A model generated the notes under the pieces. It was not told where the DNA came from. It ran no database searches and was given only the letters and a program-made list of their open reading frames with translations. Made by a program: the position numbers and the translations under genes. This document shows positions 48,901 through 58,453 of a DNA stretch of 64,000 nt, piece by piece (positions within the stretch are counted from its first letter, which is position 1; every line of letters begins with the position of its first letter). Source of the DNA: a virus (Duplodnaviria > Caudoviricetes); the IMG/VR virus record IMGVR_UViG_3300013902_000009, positions 35,818-99,817 of that record. One strand, 5' to 3'.

Positions 48901-51900
48901 AACGCATAAGTGAGATAGCAAAAGATGTTAGAGAAGCTTATAATAAGTCTAATCTTGGTTATACAGCAGCTGAGACTTCATCAGAAGCCGAGAGAGCTCT
49001 TGCTAGATATGGAGATAAAGACTCAGCTAAGCTAATACTAAGTGCTTTTGCTGAACAAAAGAAAAATCTAAGAGAGAATAAAAAGAGTATACCTTTGTTT
49101 AGATATAAGACGGAAATGCGTCGTATAGATAAGAATATAAATGATGTAAAATCTGCTCTTAATGAGTTATCAAGAATAGATAAGGATATGGTTATTACAT
49201 CTGATAGAATATCTGGTCTTGACGCTCAATCTATGGCTGAACTTTTAAATCCTACTAATAAGAAAAGGTATTCAAGTACTCAACAAAAAGAAATAGACAA
49301 TTTTGTTAAAGCGAGCGGAATAACCAATGATATCCTTACGGAAATTAAGGATGCGTCTATACTTAGTCAAAGAATGGAATCATTCGATGAGGACTTTAAA
49401 GATATCGTTAAAGACCAGAACAATATGATGCTTTACGATAATAGCATCAGACTTGAAGCTGCGAAGAGGATGGTTACAAATAAAGCTGAAAGGGCTTTAA
49501 GAGCAACCAATTATGAGGCTTTTGAAGAGGAGGCTGATAAACTTCTTGACGAAAGAATAAGTATATATGAGGAGCAAGTATTAGGTGATGTATTGGGAAG
49601 AAGTAAGTTTTATAAAGATTGGATAAGGTTAAATAAGGATAGACAGAGAGATATCAGTGTAATTAAAAATATAGGAGCATATAACTCACTCGACAGAGTG
49701 TGTAGGAATCTATTCGACGCAGCATATTCAAAAGCGTTAAGAGATAAAGATACGTCAGTAGGACATATTATGGATATTCTTTCTGATTCTAACTTTAGAC
49801 AAGATGTATTTGATAGATATCAGATACCTACTGATGCAAATATAGATACGGAAACTCTTAATAATATAGTTAATGGAATAAACAGCTATACTTCAAATAT
49901 GGCTGCTATTGAAGAATTTGAATCAAAGCTTGAGCATGAGAAGAATCCTAATAATACAACCGAAAGCACAGTAGAGCTCGAACATGTAGGAAGGTTATCA
50001 ACTCTTATTAATAGAAACGTATTTGAATCAAAAAGAAGCGAATATGATAGGATATTTGGACTTAATGAGTTTATAGATTATATAAACGGGAAAAGAAAGA
50101 CAGTTCCGGGTTTAACATTTGATGATTTTGTAGCAATAGCAAACCTTTATGTTGATGGCAGAATAGGTGAGACTATATTTCATAATGATGTATTTGGTTC
50201 TAACTTTAATATGAAAAATATACGTCAAGCCGTATCCAAAATGGAGAAAGCACTTAATGATGCATTATCATCAAATAGGATTGATTCTGAGAATACAGTT
50301 AAGTATAATAACTCAAATATACTGCTTGAGACATATAAGTCTATTGTTGATATCTACAATAATGACGCATCCCTTCAAGAGTCTATGCGTAAAGACTTAA
50401 ATGAGCTCTATAATGATGATAGGTTCTCAAAAGTAGACACTACTATAAATAAATTTAATGGGTTAACTGGAAACTTTGGCTTAAAAGAAAATCTTACAAA
50501 TAGTGAATCGAAATGGTACGATAGGGAAGGTGTAAGGCAAAACATTATTGAGGCCGCGACTCAGCTTAAAGGTAAAAAAGATGGTGGTAATGCCATATTT
50601 ATAATAGACGATAGCATTGCAGAATCCAACACTACAGACTCAAACGATAGGCCAGTAATAGTAGCTGTTGAGGTTGAGGATGGTACAACAAATTCATTTA
50701 AAGCATACGGAAAGAGTTATATTAAAGTTGGCTTGTTGCAAAACTCAAGAATTAGCGCGCAACAGGAAAGGAATGAACTTGACGCGTTAAGGGCTACCTC
50801 TATTGTTGATAAGGACGGAATAGTCACAATAAAGGATAAAGACGGCAATACTATACCATATGTTGCAACAGGCTTGAAAGCTATCACTACAGACAATAAT
50901 AAAGGGAATAAAGAATCTTTGTCAACACAAAGAAAGTCTGTTGTTGATGTGCTTGAACAGATGTTAAACACAAGCGATATAAATATCATAAGACAAGAGT
51001 TAAAGGACGGAACAAAAGTAAGATTTGTTACTGTCAAGTATAACTTTAATCAATCGACAAATCAACTTATTGTTTATTATAACGACTTTGAGGGTAATGA
51101 AATATCCGAAACCTATAGTATAACAGACAATGATAGAATTGAATCATTGAGGTCTAAAAAGCCAAGCCCGTTGGTTGGAATTATAGATAGAAATGGAAAT
51201 CTTGTTAAATTCTTTGTTAGGGAACTTAATGATTACATAATAACATCAGTGGACAACAATGGAAATAAAATACGTCTTAATATAATAGACGCATTAAATA
51301 AAGTCAATATTCTTTCAGCAAAAGGATTAAAAGCTTCAAATCCAATCAAGTCTGCATTGATTGAAATTAGGCGCACTTTAATACCTGAGGATTCCGAAAG
51401 TATAGATACTTTAGTAAAACACATATCAAACTTTATAAATGATGGCGAGAATGTAGAGGAATTTAACAAATATGTTAAGCCTATAGTAGATAAGATGAAT
51501 AAAAATATAGGAAGACACGTAAACCTGTTACAACAAATAGGTGATAAGATTCCTTATATTTGGTTTAACATATCTCTTTTAACACAAAATAAATCAAAAG
51601 GAGCAGACGGAATAAGTCTTAGGTTATCTTATAGCGACATGGATAACAAGTCTGGTTTTATTGATATCCCTATAAGAAATTTACTTGGAGCTATAAAGGA
51701 TATTAATTCTGATACCCTAATCAATCCCGACACCTCTTCTTTTTTTGAAAACAACTCAATAGAAGGTGGTAGTTTAAATTCTGTAAATATGGATATACAG
51801 AATATTTTTGCAAAGGCTATCCTCGATGATGATATGAAATCATTTAGAAAAGTTGGAGAATATAATATAGCAAAAGCACAAGTAGTATATTCGAATTTAA

Positions 51901-53213
51901 GCACATACGAAGGATATAGAAGCAATCTTACAAAAGAAGACCACGAGAAAGAAATAGATAAGGTTATAGGTAATAATATGCTTATCGCTACAGATATGGT
52001 TCCAAAATCAAAGAAAGAAATATCTGGAGTGCTACATACTGAATCAAAATCTACCAATGATAATCTTGGCAATACAAGTATTAATGAAGCTGTAGCAAAA
52101 ATAGAAGAGCATATACTTACCGATAAAAAACTTGAAAGCAAAGGTATTGGTGCCACCACGTTTATACGAGATAAAGCTGATGAGGATTTATACTCAAATA
52201 TAACAAACGAAACATACGGTGACATAGCGAAATCTATAGGTACTTCAATAGATAAGTTGTTTAGGGTGATAATAAGTGAAAGAAATAAAAATAAGAATGC
52301 CACAGTAAAGGAATTGTCTGATTCTGTACACAAATGGGTTATTGAGAATACAAAGAAAACTAAGGATAGCAATAAATTCTGGGGTAGTTTCCCAAGTATT
52401 AGTAGGAATGATATCCAATGGTTTATTGAAAACTTCTATGAAAGTGTAATAAAAACAATAGAGAGTAGAGGTGAGACTATACTTCCTAATGAGTATATGT
52501 TTACAGAGACTATATATAACGAGAATGGTGAAAGTATAGATAATCTAACTTGCGTACCAGATATGATTACAGTTGATAAAAATGGAATGTATCATATATA
52601 TGATTATAAAACTGTAAGAATGAGTCTTGGTGCAAACTCTACATATACAAATAGGAATGGAAAACAATTTATAATAACTGGATTTAGTAATAATAAGGTT
52701 GTTAATAAATGGAAGCAACAACTTAATCTCTATAAAGCTACAATAGAGGCCTCTACTGGCAGAAAGGGTAGTGTCGCCTCTATGGAGATTATACCTATAG
52801 TTGTCGCTTATAATCCTGAGGGTGCATATGATGCGTACAATAGAGATGATATAGATTTGTCAAGAATAGGTAGAGAAGTATCAATATTTAAACGCAAAGA
52901 CGGAAGCGAAGTACAAGTAACGCGCGATAGTAGTATCTATAATAATTTTATCAACATAGAGCCTATGAAACTATCTGATATAAAATCTTACGATTGGGTT
53001 AATAGAGAGCCAGAAAAACCTGTAAATAAAGATGTTGGTATAGTACAGGTTGGTGAGTTTAAATCTAATGTAGCGCAGGATATAGACGCGAATACTAAAG
53101 AAATTAAAAATGAGGACATTCTTGATAGTACACAATGTGGAACGTTAAATATCGATATGAATCAGAATGTGACACTAGCTGGTACTGATGATATTTTAGG
53201 AGGGTTTGATTAA
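45912..53213 (+). CDS. giant putative ejected protein with C-terminal PD-(D/E)xK nuclease-like domain
   Basis: 2433 aa; Ala/Gly-rich membrane-like region; IGTSID, PDMITVD..G.YHIYDYKT and WKQQLNLYK. Confidence 0.75.
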   Translation: MANIGLEGIRLTDIHGYDKNDYLNYYNNNIKSIEETSKSTGTSTDYVGSNKYINYLIRNKMGNDWYDKNVRGKSYAEKVGAYNALFSTDKISSTGVTQTQDISNGVANTSVGHDGIENQEGINQNIIETEAKAPLWTRGDLTPYEWNPSGKRNLFERNIGGMSGKPQLFGYRDWFAQKANEPTNWYDNEAKAERVSNIFNALYNENYRPINDKDINTPYGERKALDYKEYVDSLIESNPRLANDMFIEFENTKLNKINDYKNFQNTPALPWTPNEIKDVMSEYYAKEMILGSQKASDWLYAKVHDTVSKNQTLGQKAKAAILGAVDNTVGTAVSALGIFGNILSLNAFSGEGVEGVSGFENFLYKASQNPLTEWGNGLVMTGSWWPEEQEERMSTGYNTNAIMRKTGTETDFLDLNTVFDLVQQTGFTTGASAAGTVMSKVLGTAVNKGTGALARRVFMNNASKFAKAAAWAVNAGGKTVAMTVPAMALGAGEGSIDMLDVMNRSKYNLEDYISNLMYGGANMNQSSFLDEYIKNNIGPEEFEEYYEKYRNKNVAFNPEAPAESQEALSTRLGAERRALYEQYRREVASRLANNPEVVGMIGEAQKRAGARTLSFETVLIGASDMLFSNIVGGAYKQIKNNAKRAVLGQLADTPNIRLTRGEAGKLVAKAIPYNVGKKIISGVKGSSEVASEVIQEMGQTAGSGTFETLADNYAAQYILNMSDPDAIETLSDTYWGNIDAAQHIMKENWFSKEAIFSGMMAAVSSGLGNPTVGRGTANFINRRASGITNKDNIFLDWLSDIKNNPGDYWRNPYLEAVHEDKARAVRSAEEADEINRWLANHEELASMNDIEQMYAWINKAAEASTNPDSDADFRDALMGQRIAGIIMMDRIGAKVGAKAFRKQVEFLSNISESDAESMGIFARAKNERGISNDIELTKEEKKDILDSVHKRASETYELYNKLSDARKFLNREFGEAISENTKDAWAFNMIMRDDWNKRISEIAKDVREAYNKSNLGYTAAETSSEAERALARYGDKDSAKLILSAFAEQKKNLRENKKSIPLFRYKTEMRRIDKNINDVKSALNELSRIDKDMVITSDRISGLDAQSMAELLNPTNKKRYSSTQQKEIDNFVKASGITNDILTEIKDASILSQRMESFDEDFKDIVKDQNNMMLYDNSIRLEAAKRMVTNKAERALRATNYEAFEEEADKLLDERISIYEEQVLGDVLGRSKFYKDWIRLNKDRQRDISVIKNIGAYNSLDRVCRNLFDAAYSKALRDKDTSVGHIMDILSDSNFRQDVFDRYQIPTDANIDTETLNNIVNGINSYTSNMAAIEEFESKLEHEKNPNNTTESTVELEHVGRLSTLINRNVFESKRSEYDRIFGLNEFIDYINGKRKTVPGLTFDDFVAIANLYVDGRIGETIFHNDVFGSNFNMKNIRQAVSKMEKALNDALSSNRIDSENTVKYNNSNILLETYKSIVDIYNNDASLQESMRKDLNELYNDDRFSKVDTTINKFNGLTGNFGLKENLTNSESKWYDREGVRQNIIEAATQLKGKKDGGNAIFIIDDSIAESNTTDSNDRPVIVAVEVEDGTTNSFKAYGKSYIKVGLLQNSRISAQQERNELDALRATSIVDKDGIVTIKDKDGNTIPYVATGLKAITTDNNKGNKESLSTQRKSVVDVLEQMLNTSDINIIRQELKDGTKVRFVTVKYNFNQSTNQLIVYYNDFEGNEISETYSITDNDRIESLRSKKPSPLVGIIDRNGNLVKFFVRELNDYIITSVDNNGNKIRLNIIDALNKVNILSAKGLKASNPIKSALIEIRRTLIPEDSESIDTLVKHISNFINDGENVEEFNKYVKPIVDKMNKNIGRHVNLLQQIGDKIPYIWFNISLLTQNKSKGADGISLRLSYSDMDNKSGFIDIPIRNLLGAIKDINSDTLINPDTSSFFENNSIEGGSLNSVNMDIQNIFAKAILDDDMKSFRKVGEYNIAKAQVVYSNLSTYEGYRSNLTKEDHEKEIDKVIGNNMLIATDMVPKSKKEISGVLHTESKSTNDNLGNTSINEAVAKIEEHILTDKKLESKGIGATTFIRDKADEDLYSNITNETYGDIAKSIGTSIDKLFRVIISERNKNKNATVKELSDSVHKWVIENTKKTKDSNKFWGSFPSISRNDIQWFIENFYESVIKTIESRGETILPNEYMFTETIYNENGESIDNLTCVPDMITVDKNGMYHIYDYKTVRMSLGANSTYTNRNGKQFIITGFSNNKVVNKWKQQLNLYKATIEASTGRKGSVASMEIIPIVVAYNPEGAYDAYNRDDIDLSRIGREVSIFKRKDGSEVQVTRDSSIYNNFINIEPMKLSDIKSYDWVNREPEKPVNKDVGIVQVGEFKSNVAQDIDANTKEIKNEDILDSTQCGTLNIDMNQNVTLAGTDDILGGFD

Positions 53214-53231
53214 TTAGTTATCAATAACGAT

Positions 53232-53280
53232 AAAAAAATAGGGATAATCGCAATGATTATCCCTATTTCCGTTTGTTTTG
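53232..53280. terminator. bidirectional terminator between convergent gene blocks
   Basis: AAATAGGGATAATC-GCAAT-GATTATCCCTATTT with an A-run on the left and a T-rich tract on the right. Confidence 0.8.
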
Positions 53281-53318
53281 TCTTTATTATAAACATTAGC
53301 ATTGCTGCTTGCGATTTA

Positions 53319-56300
53319 TTACTTAAACCATAATCGCTCCTGAGTTGGTATGCCTAACTTACTATTAGTCTTTTTATATCTATCAGCGACTTCTTGTGAA
53401 GAATAGAAGTCAAGCACTGTTATTTTATGCCCATTAACTCTTGCTATAGTTTTGCCGGGACCATCTAGTTCAAGTTGAAATTTCTTTAAATAGAAATTAA
53501 TCTCTCTTTCAAAAAATCCTCTTCTTGTAGTTTCTTCTGCTGATATAAGATTCTCCAAACCGTCAAAAAGAACTTTAAAACCACCTGAGAATATAACAGC
53601 ATTTGACAAATCAACAACTTCTCCACCCATTGCTACAGCATCGTTTAGAGTAAGCGCTTCACTAGATATTCCACGTAGAAGCTTATAAGCGAATCCACAG
53701 AAGTAATACATAGGATTATTCTTGTCATATGCTATATTACGCATTTGTAAAGCATCATTATGTTCATTCCATTCTTGCGAGCCATACTCGTAATATCCAA
53801 GTATATACGGCTTCCAGCCTTTAGTCTTATTACTATCGTAGTATTTATAGTGTATGCCTTTATCTATTACATAGACTATATCTCCTGCTTCTGCATTATC
53901 TGGAAGGTCTTGTAAGTAATATTGTGGATAATCAAGACTTTCCATATCGCTTGTTTTATATAGACTTCTTTGACTATTCCTTTTTGGGTATCCTTTCTTC
54001 TCCCAACGGTTATAATCTTCTTGATAACCATCATCATCAAACGTCTCAAAATCTCCGAATATACCGGGCTTTCTATATTTATTATGTTTACCCTCTCTTG
54101 CCTCTTTCGGTTGAGACATTTTCTCTCCCATTGACTTACGGTTTCCTCTACGGAATTGATATGCAAGCAAAACAAGAAAGAGATTAATTAAGTTAGAGAT
54201 TGCGCCAAAAGATAATGCAGCAAGCTGTGATGGGTCCCAACCGTTTTTTGTAAGATACTTTTTAAGCTTCTCATTCTTTAATGCGAAAGGAATAAGCATT
54301 GCTGTTACTGTAGCAAGTCTAAACCTATAATCCTTAAGGAAAGTCAAATCTTTTGTTGACGGATCTACTTTAGGCATAAACGCTGTAGTTAAAGCAAGGG
54401 CTTGTGTATTCATTATACCTGACATTAGTTTACCAGTTGACATATTGACATTATTAAGGAAGTCTCTCTGTATAAAAGCCATCAACCAACCTTTCATCTT
54501 AGCAAAAGCACCACTGGTTGCATTAAGCTGGAATTGAGTGGCGTTTATAGCTCCATAATAACCTTGTGAAATTGCTATATATTCATCAACTTCATTTATG
54601 AAATTGGCTTCATCATCTACTGTATAACTTATTCTTTTGAGTTCATTGCTAATTATCTTTAGTAATTCCGATTCATCCTTATAAGAGCCATCTTTATTTA
54701 TAAGGTTAATATTGATATCAGCATCTTCTGTAGTTCTTCTGTTATTACTAATAAATTCAGCTAGTGCAGATATGTAATCATTGTCGCTTGCGTGAAGAAT
54801 AACAGGAGATGAACTGTCATTATTATTCCTTATTATATCATCAAGAGCTTTTTTTGCTTCCTTAAGAAGATTAGCGTATATTACGTTACGCCTATCCTTA
54901 ACTAAACCTCCTTTAAGTATAGGATTGTTATCTTTATCAAAATCATAAGTCTGCTCAAGATTGAGTTTCTTTCCTGTAAAATCATAAACAAACCTACTCT
55001 TAAGATAAGTTCTATATATTATAGCAATAAGTGATGTGTCAGTCAAGTCATAGTTTGCCATCAAAACGTTAGTAAGGTGTCTGATCGGATTATACCTTTT
55101 CGAAAACTCACTTCTAACCCTTGGATTTCTAAACCTATCAAACCTATTCGTTAGTTTTTGATATCTATCCCAACTAACTTCCTTGTCTGTCACTTTACTC
55201 CAGATACTACCAGCCCAGTGTTTTGGATTAAACGTATCCTTAAACCAAGCCGAGATTAGATTTTTAGTCTTAAAGTCATATGTGTCACCAAAAAAGGAAG
55301 AATCTTTAAGAAATACACTTAATCCTCCGTATTTATTTTTAAGGGCTGACATCATATTAATACAGAGAAGCCTAACACATAGAATACCTGTTATTCTATT
55401 GAGTACCTGCATGAATTTTCTCCATCCCTTTTCGCGTATATCATTACCGTACACATATGTATTCATTATATCGTTACGCTCATTTTTACCAATTTCTTTA
55501 AGCCTAAGTGTATTGGTAAAATCTCCACCTCCTCTATTATCTGCCGTATAATCAAGTACTGACATGGACGAATACATCTGTTGGGCACCAAAGAATCTAT
55601 AAGCCATATCTGTATAGGCAAATAGACTACCAATCAAATCATCGCTTAACTCGCGATTATCCTCAACATCGTTTATTCCGTTTATTGGTATTCTTCTCAA
55701 TCCATCAGCGTAGAGAGATAACTCATCGTTAAATTCATTAAGCTCCGTATCTGTAGTTATATCTCCAAAAGCGTCTGATGTTACATCTTCACAAAGTAAC
55801 TCGGTAAATTGACTATTGTACAAATCTACTTGGTCTAACCTATGCGATAAATACTTACCTATAAAGCTCTTTTTATATTGTGGCCTCTTATACTCAACAA
55901 AATGTCTCTTACCGCTAACGTCTCCTGTAGAGCCAAATTCTTCTCTTTCTGACAAGCATTCCGAATCAATAGCGCGCTTGTACTCCATAATCTCGTTGTA
56001 TAAGTCAAGCCATTTGCCTCCATACTTTGCTATATTTGATTGAAACTCTTTATTTCTGTATTTTTCTGATGGTTTACCTATATTTGCATCTTCATAAGCT
56101 TCACGTATATAATCCTGCCATATAGAACTATTATCTCTATATTTATAGTATATACTTTTCTTCTTACTCGAAGGCATTCTTTGATAAACATCAAACTCTG
56201 TTACTTCTTTACCATTCTCATCTATAGTAAGCGTAGCCTTTGCTTCTTTTATAAACTGACTCTTAACAAGTCTATCTGCTACTCGCCTATCTATCCACAT

Positions 56301-58442
56301 CTGCCTGCGATTATATTCAGAGATGTAGTAGCCGCTAGGGGTCTCATTTGTATAATCTACTGGTATCCCTGTATTTATATTATCAAGATACCAAGTATTA
56401 TTTTTGGCGTGTACCACCGGCAAGCCTTTAATACTATCAATAGGAGCTATAACTTTACCATTTATTATGTAGTTTCCATTCTTTATTTCAACTTTTGGTG
56501 GGGCTATAACCTTTTCATAGAATGTATCTTCGTTAAAACCAGACTCTTTCAATTTGTGTCTTATATCTCTAAGTTGAGACAATTTATCGTCCCTATACTT
56601 CATAGATATAGTACGTCCCTTTCTAGCTATTTTATCCATAGCTTGGGTTAGAGAATCCTTTGAGAATCTTTTTGACCTTATAAAAGAGCTTAATCTACTA
56701 AGATTGCCTCCATCATATGAGAAATCCTTCATATAATTAGAAGCTAAATCATACATATCTACAGTATGAGATTTTTCAACCTCGGTGCTTAATCCGTTAA
56801 ATACAATCTTAGCAGGTATTGTAGTATTATCTCTTCCATAGGTAAACTCAAGAAGGGATGCTGTAAATATTCTGCTATAAGCCATTAAGTTCATAGCTAT
56901 TTTACCGTCAGAAAGTTCCTTATAGATATCATTTACTAGATTTAAAGTGTCAATCATAGAAGCAGACGGCTTGAGCTTATCAGCAACGCTATCTCCTAAG
57001 ATTTTAGCTTGCTCATATTTAATCTCAGTATTTGAAGCCAATGATTTATAAGATTCGCATATATCCTTGATTGAATCAAACAACTCAATACAACGCATTA
57101 GGTTATCCACATCAGTTCTTGACATGTCTTCTATACGGAAGTCTTTTGCTAATATTCTACTTAATACTTCATAATTTGTTTGAAAACTCTTCCATAGAGT
57201 ATCTATCGCATTGCTGGCTATTGTAGAAGCAAAAGCCTCATTCATTTCAGTTTCATTACGGTCTCCCAATAATTCCCCCGGTCTTAAACTCATATACTCA
57301 GACGTAGCAGCCATCTTGTAGCTTGCCTGCATAAGCTTGTTGTTGAGTATAGATATCCTCTTCATCGTTTGCTCTACAAACTTTGTGTTTTGGTTATCAG
57401 TGCGTAATGAATACAATTTAACAGGGTTTTCCAAAGCTTTGTCTATAGAGAATTTATCTTCGTTAAAAAGGAAACCACTAGCTATGACCTCTCCATATCT
57501 TTTAGCCAATGCTTTATCCCTCATAACCTTTGTAAGACCTAGCTTTGAGAATATTCCATGTATAAACGACTTGACTGAACTAATTAGGTTATTCCAACCA
57601 CTTACATTTTGATTCTGTAAAGCTTTCTTTACAACTATGCCGGCCAGTTCCAAATCTATGTTTTTAGGATCAGCCAAAGCTAAATCAATCTCATCCCTTG
57701 AAAACATTGAATCTAACCTGTCTCTCTTCCTCAAATCAGCTATGGCATCTATAAGTCTTTTGATGGCCTGTCTGTCTCTTGTAGCCATTACTGCCAAGTG
57801 GGCCGCCTCTTCTATAAGAGAGTCATTTATATCATTACTATTTGCTGATAGTTGTATAAGATGGTATAAACCATCAGACATTTTTGAAGCATTCTGTGTA
57901 GAGAATCTGCCATTATAATCAATACTACCAACAAAATCATATGCTACTCCCAACTCTTTAAGCCTGTCTTTTATAAGACTTGTAAGCTTGTTATTTTCAA
58001 TACGATTAGCAAGGGACTCCATAGCATCTTCGCTTCTTCTAATGATTCTAATATTTACTTTTCCATCATACTCATCAGATACACTAGGAATATAGTCTCC
58101 ATTTGCTTGTTCGGTATTAAACTTTTCAACGATATTGTTTAACTCAGACTCATTAATTGTTCCTTCGTACTTTTTTGCTAGTTGTTTAAACTCACTTGAT
58201 AGCTCAGTATCTAATCCTGCAAGTTTTAGAAATGAATGGGCAGTAATCTGCCCATTCAAATCGTATTCAGCATTATCCTTTGCAGCACTCATAAAAGTGT
58301 CGCTGTTAGCTATTTTATATAGCTCTATAGTTCTAGCTCTATCTTTTCCTGTTATTTCAAATAGATCATCCCAGAGCTTACTATCAACAAGCTTTCCATT
58401 TTTGCCTTTAACACATGGTTTTCTTACACAATAATCACTCAT
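53319..58442 (-). CDS. giant RNAP-associated virion protein with degenerate zincin-like motif
   Basis: Likely ATG at 58442 (MSDYCVRKPC); LIEEAAHLAV; lies just downstream of the vRNAP gene. Confidence 0.7.
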   Translation of the reverse strand: MSDYCVRKPCVKGKNGKLVDSKLWDDLFEITGKDRARTIELYKIANSDTFMSAAKDNAEYDLNGQITAHSFLKLAGLDTELSSEFKQLAKKYEGTINESELNNIVEKFNTEQANGDYIPSVSDEYDGKVNIRIIRRSEDAMESLANRIENNKLTSLIKDRLKELGVAYDFVGSIDYNGRFSTQNASKMSDGLYHLIQLSANSNDINDSLIEEAAHLAVMATRDRQAIKRLIDAIADLRKRDRLDSMFSRDEIDLALADPKNIDLELAGIVVKKALQNQNVSGWNNLISSVKSFIHGIFSKLGLTKVMRDKALAKRYGEVIASGFLFNEDKFSIDKALENPVKLYSLRTDNQNTKFVEQTMKRISILNNKLMQASYKMAATSEYMSLRPGELLGDRNETEMNEAFASTIASNAIDTLWKSFQTNYEVLSRILAKDFRIEDMSRTDVDNLMRCIELFDSIKDICESYKSLASNTEIKYEQAKILGDSVADKLKPSASMIDTLNLVNDIYKELSDGKIAMNLMAYSRIFTASLLEFTYGRDNTTIPAKIVFNGLSTEVEKSHTVDMYDLASNYMKDFSYDGGNLSRLSSFIRSKRFSKDSLTQAMDKIARKGRTISMKYRDDKLSQLRDIRHKLKESGFNEDTFYEKVIAPPKVEIKNGNYIINGKVIAPIDSIKGLPVVHAKNNTWYLDNINTGIPVDYTNETPSGYYISEYNRRQMWIDRRVADRLVKSQFIKEAKATLTIDENGKEVTEFDVYQRMPSSKKKSIYYKYRDNSSIWQDYIREAYEDANIGKPSEKYRNKEFQSNIAKYGGKWLDLYNEIMEYKRAIDSECLSEREEFGSTGDVSGKRHFVEYKRPQYKKSFIGKYLSHRLDQVDLYNSQFTELLCEDVTSDAFGDITTDTELNEFNDELSLYADGLRRIPINGINDVEDNRELSDDLIGSLFAYTDMAYRFFGAQQMYSSMSVLDYTADNRGGGDFTNTLRLKEIGKNERNDIMNTYVYGNDIREKGWRKFMQVLNRITGILCVRLLCINMMSALKNKYGGLSVFLKDSSFFGDTYDFKTKNLISAWFKDTFNPKHWAGSIWSKVTDKEVSWDRYQKLTNRFDRFRNPRVRSEFSKRYNPIRHLTNVLMANYDLTDTSLIAIIYRTYLKSRFVYDFTGKKLNLEQTYDFDKDNNPILKGGLVKDRRNVIYANLLKEAKKALDDIIRNNNDSSSPVILHASDNDYISALAEFISNNRRTTEDADININLINKDGSYKDESELLKIISNELKRISYTVDDEANFINEVDEYIAISQGYYGAINATQFQLNATSGAFAKMKGWLMAFIQRDFLNNVNMSTGKLMSGIMNTQALALTTAFMPKVDPSTKDLTFLKDYRFRLATVTAMLIPFALKNEKLKKYLTKNGWDPSQLAALSFGAISNLINLFLVLLAYQFRRGNRKSMGEKMSQPKEAREGKHNKYRKPGIFGDFETFDDDGYQEDYNRWEKKGYPKRNSQRSLYKTSDMESLDYPQYYLQDLPDNAEAGDIVYVIDKGIHYKYYDSNKTKGWKPYILGYYEYGSQEWNEHNDALQMRNIAYDKNNPMYYFCGFAYKLLRGISSEALTLNDAVAMGGEVVDLSNAVIFSGGFKVLFDGLENLISAEETTRRGFFEREINFYLKKFQLELDGPGKTIARVNGHKITVLDFYSSQEVADRYKKTNSKLGIPTQERLWFK

Positions 58443-58453
58443 AATATTTATTA

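Noticed and set aside
51629-52372. 247-aa antisense ORF and the many other short antisense or alternate-frame ORFs
   Set aside because: They lie within long conserved genes, show the S/F/L/I-rich composition expected of shadow frames, and have no recognisable motifs
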